DNA of 31,078 nucleotides, taken from positions 1-31,078 of IMG/VR virus record IMGVR_UViG_3300025635_000112; one strand, given 5' to 3'. The notes below the pieces were generated by a model. It did not search any database, had not been told where the DNA came from, and saw nothing but the letters and a program-made list of their open reading frames with translations. Source of the stretch: a virus (taxonomy: Duplodnaviria; Caudoviricetes). Made by a program: the position numbers and the translations under genes. Positions 23,902 through 31,078 of this stretch are shown here, piece by piece (the first letter of the stretch is position 1; each line of letters begins with the position of its first letter).

Positions 23902-24273
23902 ATGGCCGCCCAAGATATTATTCAACACACAGACAGAGTACTTACTTACAAAGAATTGCTTACCCTATATCTAAATATTTTCCAAGACAAGCTCATTGCT
24001 AACTTAATTGATATTGCACACTACGAGCGTCTGGTAAAAACCGAGCCGGGCTTTGCTTCTATCGACCAGTTTGGCCAGAAGCACACAGCGCAGGACTTAC
24101 TAAAAAACCACCAAGCCGGAGCGCGGTTTGCAAAGAACAATATCGAGTATGTACTCGAGCTGCTAGAGGCAGAGTCAAAGGGCTCGCTCGATAAATATTA
24201 CAGCGACGACTCACTAAGCCGAAAACCCTTAGACCTTAGTATTCCACCTTCCCCAAAAATTAATTTGAAATAA
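23902..24273 (+). CDS. hypothetical protein
   Basis: 123 aa, operon packing. Confidence 0.65.
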   Translation: MAAQDIIQHTDRVLTYKELLTLYLNIFQDKLIANLIDIAHYERLVKTEPGFASIDQFGQKHTAQDLLKNHQAGARFAKNNIEYVLELLEAESKGSLDKYYSDDSLSRKPLDLSIPPSPKINLK

Positions 24274-24283
24274 AAAAACTTTT

Positions 24284-24484
24284 ATGGAACAAGACCAGAC
24301 ATTAGTTTGTGTAGAGCAGGGGTGCGGTAACGAGTTTACCGTCTCTGTAAGCGAACAGAGATTTTTTACTGACAAGGGTTTGTCCCTGCCGAAGCGCTGT
24401 AAATCATGCCGCGACAGACGCAGAAATCAAGCCAATTCGCCTTTTAAGGGTCTAAAGGAGCAATACAACGCTCGGGAGGAATAA
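24284..24484 (+). CDS. zinc-ribbon protein (zf-trcl-like)
   Basis: DQTLVC...CGNEFTVSVSEQRFFTDKGLSLPKRCKSCR. Confidence 0.85.
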   Translation: MEQDQTLVCVEQGCGNEFTVSVSEQRFFTDKGLSLPKRCKSCRDRRRNQANSPFKGLKEQYNAREE

Positions 24485-24489
24485 ACCCC

Positions 24490-25020
24490 ATGGAAGCCCA
24501 AATATTGACAATAGTGCCACCTCACAAGACCCCGTGCCGTGAGGTTGTGGCCGAAGACTTTGAGAATGTCAAAGCCTTAGTGGAAGCAATGCAACTCGCA
24601 GTTAACAAAAACAGGCACTGTGTGGCTCTAGCGCACTCACAGATAGACGACAAAGAGCCCTTGCGGTTATTCGTTACTCGGGACAAGTGCTTTATAAATC
24701 CGGTAATTATTCGCCACTCGAATTATTGCACCGAAAGCCTAGAGGGCTGTATGACCTTTCCTAACAAGGAAGCAATTACAAAAAAACGCTGGAATAAAAT
24801 CGAGTTTGAATATAGGAACTTAACGCCGGAGGGCTTGAGCGAAATACAAACGGCGAGCTTATCGGGTTTCAGTGCATGGGTCGTACAACATGAAGTCGAC
24901 CATTTAAACTCAAGATATTGTTACGACGATTTGCCGAGTACGTGCATTAACTGTGGACACCCTTTGCCCGAGGGAGCGTCCGCTTGCGATGACCAATGCG
25001 AGGCAAAAATAATAAATTAA
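24490..25020 (+). CDS. def: peptide deformylase with C-terminal zinc ribbon
   Basis: VALAHSQI, FINPVI, EGCMTFP, QHEVDHLN; tail CINCG...CDDQC. Confidence 0.9.
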   Translation: MEAQILTIVPPHKTPCREVVAEDFENVKALVEAMQLAVNKNRHCVALAHSQIDDKEPLRLFVTRDKCFINPVIIRHSNYCTESLEGCMTFPNKEAITKKRWNKIEFEYRNLTPEGLSEIQTASLSGFSAWVVQHEVDHLNSRYCYDDLPSTCINCGHPLPEGASACDDQCEAKIIN

Positions 25021-25029
25021 CGAAAAAAC

Positions 25030-27312
25030 ATGACAACACGCTTTAAGAAAATCATTTCCGCCGTGGGTCTAGCCGCGCTCTTGTTAGCAGGTGTTGGTTT
25101 CCTGCCAGAAGGCAAAACCACGCACGCTAGCACCTCGGTAGAAATGCTTACGTCCTCTTGGCACTTTGTGATGAACAATGGTGCTTCTGAAAAATACCAG
25201 AGCGTAGCAGCTAACATACTCAACGGTAAAGTTAGCCTTACTCTCACGTACAACCTCAATGGGACATGTATACTAGGCGGCGACGCTTCGTATATTATTT
25301 TCGACCAGAACGGTTGGAAATCAGTTAGTCTGTACAACTACACGCCACAAAATTGTTATAACGGCGAGCAGACTGTAACTATTCCATTATCTGCTTTTAA
25401 TGGTCTAAATACGGGCGCTAACTTAACGGGCAATCCCCCATATTTCCACGCAAGGTTTTGGAAGGGTAGCGGCGGTCCTTACACGGTAGATATTACGAGT
25501 GCGAAACTCAACACTCCTAATACCGCGCCGACTGTGAGCAGTTTGTCGGCAGACCCAACTAGTGCGACCAGAACTCAAAATGTTAGCTTTTCTGCCGCTG
25601 CTTCTGACTCCGACGGCACCATAGCCTCTTACTCTTGGAACTTTGGAGACGGGGGTACAGGCTCAAGCGCAGGTGGAGCGACTGCAACAACCTCACATGC
25701 TTATACTGCTACTGGAACTTTTACAGTTACAGTTACGGCAACCGACAACGAAGGGGCAACCGATACAGAGACGACACAAGTTACTGTGGCAAATGCGCCC
25801 CCTGTAGCTTCCGCGGTAGTCGCTGACCCTACGAGCACTTACCCGGGCGCAACTGTTTCTTTTAGTACTGGTGCTACTGATGCAGACGGCACAATCGCTT
25901 CCTATGCTTGGGACTTTGGCGACGGCAACACTTCAACCAGTGGAGCAGGTGCTACCGCTACCAAGACTCATTCTTACGCTGCAAATGGCACCTACACCGT
26001 GAGCGTGGTAGTAACTGACAACGACGGTGCTACGGATACGGAAACAACGCAGGTAACGGTAAATAATGCCTCTCCTACTGTTTCCACAATTACACCGGAT
26101 ACGAACAATACCTACCCCGGTTACGTTGTGCAATTTTCCTCTGGTGCTTCTGACTCTGACGGTACGATAGCTTCGTATAGTTGGAGCTTCGGAGACGGTG
26201 GTACTGCTTCAAGCGGAGCAGGAGCCACAGCTACAGCCAGCCATGCTTATACAGCTAATGGCACCTACACCGTTACTTTGACTGCTACGGACAACCTCGG
26301 AGCAACTGGCACTAATACTGTGCAAATTGTTATCCGAGACCCGACTACTCAATGGGTTGTACAATCCTTCGACATGATGAAGTACACCAAGGACGTTGTA
26401 TGTAGCCCACCTTCTGACAGCTTCATTAATAGCTCGGTTGCAAAGGCAAAAGCTAATGGGGCTACTCACATTGCAATTTCTACCCCTTACCAAAACGTAA
26501 CTTGCGGTGGTGGTACCGGTGATTCTAATTTACTCGCAAGCCGTTGGATAACAGCAGCTCGAGCACAAGGTTTAAAAATCTGGCACAGACACCCAAACGT
26601 TAAGTTTGAGGGTATCTATAGCCAAAGCAAAGTACGAAGCCCTGACGGGTACAGGCACATAAAAGATATTACCGACTGGATAGACGCACACCCGACTTGG
26701 ATACTTCCCGGTGATATTTTTACCCCGGAAGCAGAACCACAAAACGGCGGCATAAACGGCGTTACTTATTGTGGTAGCTTATGCCAGTTCTCAAGCAAAG
26801 CTGACTTCAATGAGTGGTTAAGAATGGCGCAGTTATCAACAAAGTTAGCGATGAGAGCCAACGACATACCCGTTACTACCACATGGGGTAACACTACAGG
26901 CGTATTTGTCGGGGCATACGGTTTTGACGGTTTCGTAACATGGGGAGACAATAACGGATTTTGGCAAGGTCAAAGCCAAATTGAAACTGCCACCGTGGCA
27001 GCTATGGACAACGTTATTGCGATTGACCATTACCCTGCCTCTGGCGCAACAATGGCCGGAGACCTCGACGAAATGCGAGGAGTATTCCCAAATGCGCTGG
27101 TGGTAATTGGCGAAATCGGAACCATTAACGATACGACCGACACAGCAAGGGTTAACTCGGTGAATAACTGGTTTAACGCTTTCATAGCCAGAAACTACAT
27201 ACTTGGCGTGAACTACTGGCACCAAGGTCCAGGCGGTAACGAAGCTTTAATCAATAGCGACTTTACTAACAAACCTAGTGGCAATGCAGTAGCCGACTTC
27301 TTTAAGAACTAG
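25030..27312 (+). CDS. secreted multidomain protein: signal peptide, CBM-like domain, 3 PKD domains, clan GH-A-like glycoside hydrolase domain
   Basis: Signal ending THA; three SYSWNFGDG...HAY...G.YTV units; TPEAEP, IAIDHY, VVIGEIG, GVNYW motifs. Confidence 0.75.
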   Translation: MTTRFKKIISAVGLAALLLAGVGFLPEGKTTHASTSVEMLTSSWHFVMNNGASEKYQSVAANILNGKVSLTLTYNLNGTCILGGDASYIIFDQNGWKSVSLYNYTPQNCYNGEQTVTIPLSAFNGLNTGANLTGNPPYFHARFWKGSGGPYTVDITSAKLNTPNTAPTVSSLSADPTSATRTQNVSFSAAASDSDGTIASYSWNFGDGGTGSSAGGATATTSHAYTATGTFTVTVTATDNEGATDTETTQVTVANAPPVASAVVADPTSTYPGATVSFSTGATDADGTIASYAWDFGDGNTSTSGAGATATKTHSYAANGTYTVSVVVTDNDGATDTETTQVTVNNASPTVSTITPDTNNTYPGYVVQFSSGASDSDGTIASYSWSFGDGGTASSGAGATATASHAYTANGTYTVTLTATDNLGATGTNTVQIVIRDPTTQWVVQSFDMMKYTKDVVCSPPSDSFINSSVAKAKANGATHIAISTPYQNVTCGGGTGDSNLLASRWITAARAQGLKIWHRHPNVKFEGIYSQSKVRSPDGYRHIKDITDWIDAHPTWILPGDIFTPEAEPQNGGINGVTYCGSLCQFSSKADFNEWLRMAQLSTKLAMRANDIPVTTTWGNTTGVFVGAYGFDGFVTWGDNNGFWQGQSQIETATVAAMDNVIAIDHYPASGATMAGDLDEMRGVFPNALVVIGEIGTINDTTDTARVNSVNNWFNAFIARNYILGVNYWHQGPGGNEALINSDFTNKPSGNAVADFFKN
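25519..26337 (+). repeat. 3 x 273-bp PKD domain tandem repeat
   Basis: Units start at 25519, 25792, 26065 (91 aa each). Confidence 0.9.
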
Positions 27313-27380
27313 TTATTTATTCAAATCCGGCCAGTACGGGCAATACCGGCCGGGATTGAGGAAATAATTAAAAAAACAAT

Positions 27381-27482
27381 ATGACAAACTTTATAAGAGC
27401 GCTCGTCCGCATGTATCGCGAATTAACTTGTAAATCGAGTACGCACGCCAACGGGTACTCACACTGTGAAATATTAAAATAA
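27381..27482 (+). CDS. 33-aa small protein
   Basis: MTNFIRALVRMYRELTCKSSTHANGYSHCEILK; A-rich start; abuts next ORF. Confidence 0.45.
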   Translation: MTNFIRALVRMYRELTCKSSTHANGYSHCEILK

Positions 27483-27677
27483 ATGAAAAGCGACCTAGAA
27501 AACTTTGAGCACGGAGACGAAGGCACTCACACTATTTGCCGGTCTCGGCTTGAGATATTTGGCGGCGACGGAAAATGCTGTATATGTTTTCCGCACGCAG
27601 ACTGTTTAATTATCGAGAATGAAAACGAAGACCAAACACCAAAAGAAAAAGATATATGGGGGAAGCGGAAAAGGTAG
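27483..27677 (+). CDS. small Cys/His protein
   Basis: HTIC...CCICFPHADC. Confidence 0.5.
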   Translation: MKSDLENFEHGDEGTHTICRSRLEIFGGDGKCCICFPHADCLIIENENEDQTPKEKDIWGKRKR

Positions 27678-27813
27678 GCGCTACAACTTTCAATGCGACG
27701 CTCACCACCCGTTTATTACCAACTTAGAAAAACGCCTCGCTTCTTGTCCGTATTGTGGCTCAAGAAAAATATGTGTTTATAAGGAACCGAAAATAATAAC
27801 AAGAAAGAACTAA
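27619..27813 (+). CDS. small zinc-ribbon protein
   Basis: YNFQCDAHHPF...CPYCGSRKI. Confidence 0.55.
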   Translation: MKTKTKHQKKKIYGGSGKGRRYNFQCDAHHPFITNLEKRLASCPYCGSRKICVYKEPKIITRKN

Positions 27814-27818
27814 TTATT

Positions 27819-28094
27819 ATGAAATTAATGGAGTTAAACCCAAATTGGGCTAGGAAAGATTTAAGCCAGCGGACGGCAATATCTTTTGATTGTCCATTAT
27901 GTAAACAGCACCGTATAGTGGTGCCGTTTAAAGGAGAAAAACCTATATGGGAACTTCAAGGAGACAGTTTTGAGAATATGACTCTAGTGCCAAGTATCGC
28001 GCACCAGACGCACTATGCAGACGGAATAGGCAGAGAGCCAAGGCTTTGTAATTCTCATTTCTTTATCACTAAAGGTGAGGTAGTGCTCGCGTAA
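27819..28094 (+). CDS. DUF6527-like metal-binding protein
   Basis: FDCPLC...W...TLVPSI...CNSHFFITKGEV. Confidence 0.7.
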   Translation: MKLMELNPNWARKDLSQRTAISFDCPLCKQHRIVVPFKGEKPIWELQGDSFENMTLVPSIAHQTHYADGIGREPRLCNSHFFITKGEVVLA

Positions 28095-28116
28095 TAATAA
28101 AAAAGAATTAATCAAG

Positions 28117-28671
28117 ATGAAAATGGCAACGGTATACAAAGGAGAGTATGCAGAAGAAAATATTATTTTCACTAGAGCATGGGCTATGCCTTCCCCGTGG
28201 ACGTTTTCTATCCGGCCGGTTAAATCTTTATTAGACCGATATGTGGGCGAGGGCTGGAATTGGGTAGACCCCTTTGCTGGCAAATACTCACCCGCGAAGT
28301 TAAGAAACGACATGAACCCTGAAATGCCAGCAGAGTACCATATGGAAGCACTCGAGTTTTCCGAATCAATTAGCCACGAAGGGGGATTTGAGGGGGTATT
28401 ATTCGACCCACCCTATAGCTTTCGACAAATTAGCGAGCATTATAAAAGTTTGGGGATGAAAGCCACTCAAATGCAAACCAGTATGGCGTTTTACGAAAAG
28501 GTAAAATCCGTTTTGTGTAGAAAAATAAAATCGAATGGTTACGCTATATCTTTTGGTTGGAATACAAACGGTTTTGGTAAAGCTCGTGGCTTCAAGATTA
28601 TTGAGATTATGGCAGTAGCGCACGGTGGCAGTAAAAACGACACGTTTATTACTGTGGAGAAAAAACTGTGA
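28117..28671 (+). CDS. amino (N6-adenine/N4-cytosine) DNA methyltransferase
   Basis: WVDPFAG (SAM binding) and VLFDPPYS (catalytic). Confidence 0.85.
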   Translation: MKMATVYKGEYAEENIIFTRAWAMPSPWTFSIRPVKSLLDRYVGEGWNWVDPFAGKYSPAKLRNDMNPEMPAEYHMEALEFSESISHEGGFEGVLFDPPYSFRQISEHYKSLGMKATQMQTSMAFYEKVKSVLCRKIKSNGYAISFGWNTNGFGKARGFKIIEIMAVAHGGSKNDTFITVEKKL

Positions 28672-28702
28672 AATATCATACAGGCAATAATTAAGCAAAT
28701 GT

Positions 28703-28888
28703 ATGGATTGGCCAAAAATAAAACACCTGCAAAACGAAGTTAGATACTGCCCCGTGAGTGGCAAAGTTAGATACGACAAACGCGGAGCGCAGACAGTAAA
28801 AAATAAACGTTACCAAGAAGCCCACATTAAACTACGAATATATGAATGTCCCGAGTGCCGAAGCTGGCACCTCACAAGCAAATTATAA
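28703..28888 (+). CDS. small zinc-binding hypothetical protein
   Basis: CPVSGKVRY...LRIYECPECRSWHLTSK, a common small phage protein pattern. Confidence 0.7.
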   Translation: MDWPKIKHLQNEVRYCPVSGKVRYDKRGAQTVKNKRYQEAHIKLRIYECPECRSWHLTSKL

Positions 28889-28920
28889 AAGACCACCCAT
28901 TGAACCCCGACAAGCGAAGT

Positions 28921-29061
28921 ATGAAAGTGGTCTGTATTACGGAGTGTTATTTGCCCTTAGATTTGCTAGCTTTCGCTTTCGGCTGTGCTTGCGGAATCTT
29001 TGGAGCTTTGCTCACGGTTAGGGCGGTTTTCTCTTTCATAAGCCATAATAAGAAATATTAA
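28921..29061 (+). CDS. small membrane protein
   Basis: 46 aa from ATG 28921 with one hydrophobic helix. Confidence 0.4.
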   Translation: MKVVCITECYLPLDLLAFAFGCACGIFGALLTVRAVFSFISHNKKY

Positions 29062-29101
29062 TGATAGTGTTACCAATTTAAACCATTCTCCTTAAAAAAA
29101 T

Positions 29102-29398
29102 ATGAATCTTAAACAGTTACCAAGTTTCGTGCCAGTGTTTCTACTAGAGGTCTCCATTGCCCTGCTTGTGGTCGCTGGCGTCAAATACTACGAGGCGCAA
29201 ATAGACTTAATCGACGCCGAGGTTTTGATGTACAAGGAAACCTACAGGGCAGAAGTTTTAAAATTAAACCGGCTCAAGCTGAAACGCTACAACCCCGATA
29301 ACTGTATTCAGTTGAGCTACAAGTACACAGCCAAAGGAAACGAGGGGCTAATTATGCAACTCAAGCCGGGCTGTACAGAAGGATTTATATACCCATGA
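29102..29398 (+). CDS. membrane-anchored hypothetical protein
   Basis: N-terminal hydrophobic helix; A-rich start. Confidence 0.6.
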   Translation: MNLKQLPSFVPVFLLEVSIALLVVAGVKYYEAQIDLIDAEVLMYKETYRAEVLKLNRLKLKRYNPDNCIQLSYKYTAKGNEGLIMQLKPGCTEGFIYP

Positions 29399-29586
29399 AC
29401 TTAACCGAAAAACAAAAAAGACATTTAATCGACTTCCGCAATACGCTCACTCGTGAGAACGAAGACGCTCGCATTAGCAGGAAGGGTATCGAGGGGGATA
29501 TTACTACCTTGGTAAACTACCGTGTTATGGAGCTCGTAGACATTTTGCTTGAGGAAAGCGTAGACTCCGGCGGACATACTTGTTAA
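29395..29586 (+). CDS. hypothetical protein
   Basis: 63 aa, ATGA overlap. Confidence 0.6.
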   Translation: MNLTEKQKRHLIDFRNTLTRENEDARISRKGIEGDITTLVNYRVMELVDILLEESVDSGGHTC

Positions 29587-29590
29587 AGCT

Positions 29591-29812
29591 ATGAAAGACG
29601 TAATACAGTGCTCAAACTGCAAAATTAGATATAACGCCAGTGCTTGCTCTAAATGCCCTATGTGCCAAAGAACTCGCGACGAATTGGCAGAATTAAAACG
29701 CGAAAATAATTTGGTACGAGACGATGTTATGCAAGGCTCTAACCGCATTAGACTACAGAGCGAATTAGTACAGCATAGAGCGAAACATAGCCATACAAAG
29801 TTTTTATATTGA
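29591..29812 (+). CDS. zinc-finger plus coiled-coil small protein
   Basis: CSNC...CPMC followed by heptads. Confidence 0.6.
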   Translation: MKDVIQCSNCKIRYNASACSKCPMCQRTRDELAELKRENNLVRDDVMQGSNRIRLQSELVQHRAKHSHTKFLY

Positions 29813-29817
29813 GTTCG

Positions 29818-29826
29818 TGGTATAAT
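29818..29826 (+). promoter_or_regulatory. extended -10 promoter upstream of terminase operon
   Basis: TGGTATAAT. Confidence 0.6.
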
Positions 29827-29861
29827 TAGGCAAATGGGAGTTGGCGACAACTGTACGCAGT

Positions 29862-29893
29862 AGACCCTTTTGTTGAAAAGCATGAGGGTTTTT
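29862..29893 (+). terminator. terminator-like hairpin in terminase leader
   Basis: AGACCCTTTTGTT-GAAA-AGCATGAGGGTTT then TT. Confidence 0.5.
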
Positions 29894-29905
29894 AATTTAA
29901 AAGTT

Positions 29906-30460
29906 ATGGAACGCGCCAAAAAAAAATCCCACAAAACCCCTATTAAGAAGAAGTTGCTGGCTAAAGAGATAAAATCCGGCAGGGAAGTCAATAAAAAAGA
30001 CGCCTTCGCTGATTTTGTGCGTTGGTCTGTTTTGAGCACCAAGGAGCGCAAGCAAGCAAACCTACCGCCTACTCAAAAAGCCTTTGCTGAATACTGGCAG
30101 TTAGACGAGGCAACGTGCGTGGATTGGAAAAAAAGAGAGGATTATAAAATACAGCGCGCCGACGCGATTAAACTAAACCTTGCTGACAAAACCCCCGAAG
30201 TTTTAAACGCTCTCTACACACGCATAAAAAAATACGGTATGAGCTTCGAGGTTGAGCTGTGGCTCGCCTACGTGGAAGGCTGGGACAAAAAAACTATTCT
30301 TGAACACCGCGACCAAGTAGAGTTTGGCGACGGTGATATTCGTGAGCTCATTTCTCACTTACCAGAAAAGGAGCAACAACAATTCTATGACGTCATTACC
30401 AAGCTCCTTGTCCAAGCAGAGGAAGCGAAGTCCGCTAACCTTGAGAGAAAAAATCCTTGA
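29906..30460 (+). CDS. terS: terminase small subunit
   Basis: HTH PTQKAFAEYWQLDEATCVDWKK, helical body, immediately upstream of large subunit. Start ATG 29906 preferred. Confidence 0.7.
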   Translation: MERAKKKSHKTPIKKKLLAKEIKSGREVNKKDAFADFVRWSVLSTKERKQANLPPTQKAFAEYWQLDEATCVDWKKREDYKIQRADAIKLNLADKTPEVLNALYTRIKKYGMSFEVELWLAYVEGWDKKTILEHRDQVEFGDGDIRELISHLPEKEQQQFYDVITKLLVQAEEAKSANLERKNP

Positions 30461-31078
30461 AATAACCTCATACTCGGGAAGCCAAATAAAGAACGCATAC
30501 AAACAACGACCTCTCACTTTTCTCAAGCTATACGACCCTAAGACTAAGTGGCCTCGCAAGCTACGGTGGATATTCGCTCAAATCTGGCTCGGCAAGGCCG
30601 GACCAAACATAATAATGAAAGCGCCTCGAGGCGGTGGCAAATCCCGTATGCTCGGGTCTTTGGGTTTTTGCCTATTTTACTTTAGAGACAATTCGGTTAT
30701 CGACATGGGTGGTGCTATGGCGCAGGCGAAGATTGTGTATAACTACTTCACCTCGATTATTTATTCCGACGCTCGTATCATTCGCACCCTGCCAAAAGAG
30801 CCGATGATGGAGTACACCACCGGCGTCGATAATAACTACTTTTCTTGTGTAGCTGCTAGCCCTAAAGCGGTCCGCGGTCCGCACCCTGACGTGCTCATGG
30901 CAGATGAGGTTTGCGAAACGCCGGACGACCTTGTAGAATCCGCTTTGCCTATGGTGGACACTTCCCCCACGCCTCTCCGCATTTTGACTTCCACCTTTCA
31001 CAAGGTATTCGGAATCTTCCAAGATATATGGGATAGAGCCGAGGAGCTTGGTTATACTAGGTTTTCGTGGGATATTTT
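30387..31078 (+). CDS. terL: terminase large subunit, 3'-truncated (absent from ORF track)
   Basis: Open to window end: Walker A APRGGGKS, VRGPHPD, Walker B VLMADE, coupling motif LTST. Start ATG 30387 or TTG 30441. Confidence 0.9.
   Translation, partial: MTSLPSSLSKQRKRSPLTLREKILEITSYSGSQIKNAYKQRPLTFLKLYDPKTKWPRKLRWIFAQIWLGKAGPNIIMKAPRGGGKSRMLGSLGFCLFYFRDNSVIDMGGAMAQAKIVYNYFTSIIYSDARIIRTLPKEPMMEYTTGVDNNYFSCVAASPKAVRGPHPDVLMADEVCETPDDLVESALPMVDTSPTPLRILTSTFHKVFGIFQDIWDRAEELGYTRFSWDI

Noticed and set aside
27321-27359. Intrinsic terminator after the PKD gene
   Set aside because: GC-rich hairpin (CCGGCC/GGCCGG) is present but has no U-tract; left unassigned.

Overview
About 31 kb of a tailed dsDNA phage genome, siphovirus-like (tail tube and tape measure, no sheath), with essentially all real genes on the + strand in standard genetic code. 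Order: putative head appendage/fibre genes with 18-aa repeats, head-tail joining, tail, lysis/cell-wall enzymes, a small-ORF island, early genes (recombination, HTH replication initiator, peptide deformylase, secreted PKD/glycoside hydrolase-like protein, DNA methyltransferase), then terminase small and truncated large subunit. Portal and capsid genes are outside the window and no integrase, helicase or polymerase is seen. Shine-Dalgarno-less A-rich CTATG starts and gene content suggest a Patescibacteria (CPR) host (inference). The most unusual items are non-coding: a ~310-nt multi-hairpin RNA closed by a ~25-bp helix directly upstream of an HNH-like nuclease; an iteron/AT-rich/DnaA-box origin-like block ~8.7 kb away from an initiator gene that lacks iterons; an attenuator-like switch in the initiator leader; and a Shine-Dalgarno-led micro-ORF island. 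All family calls come from motif recognition by eye, not database searches.
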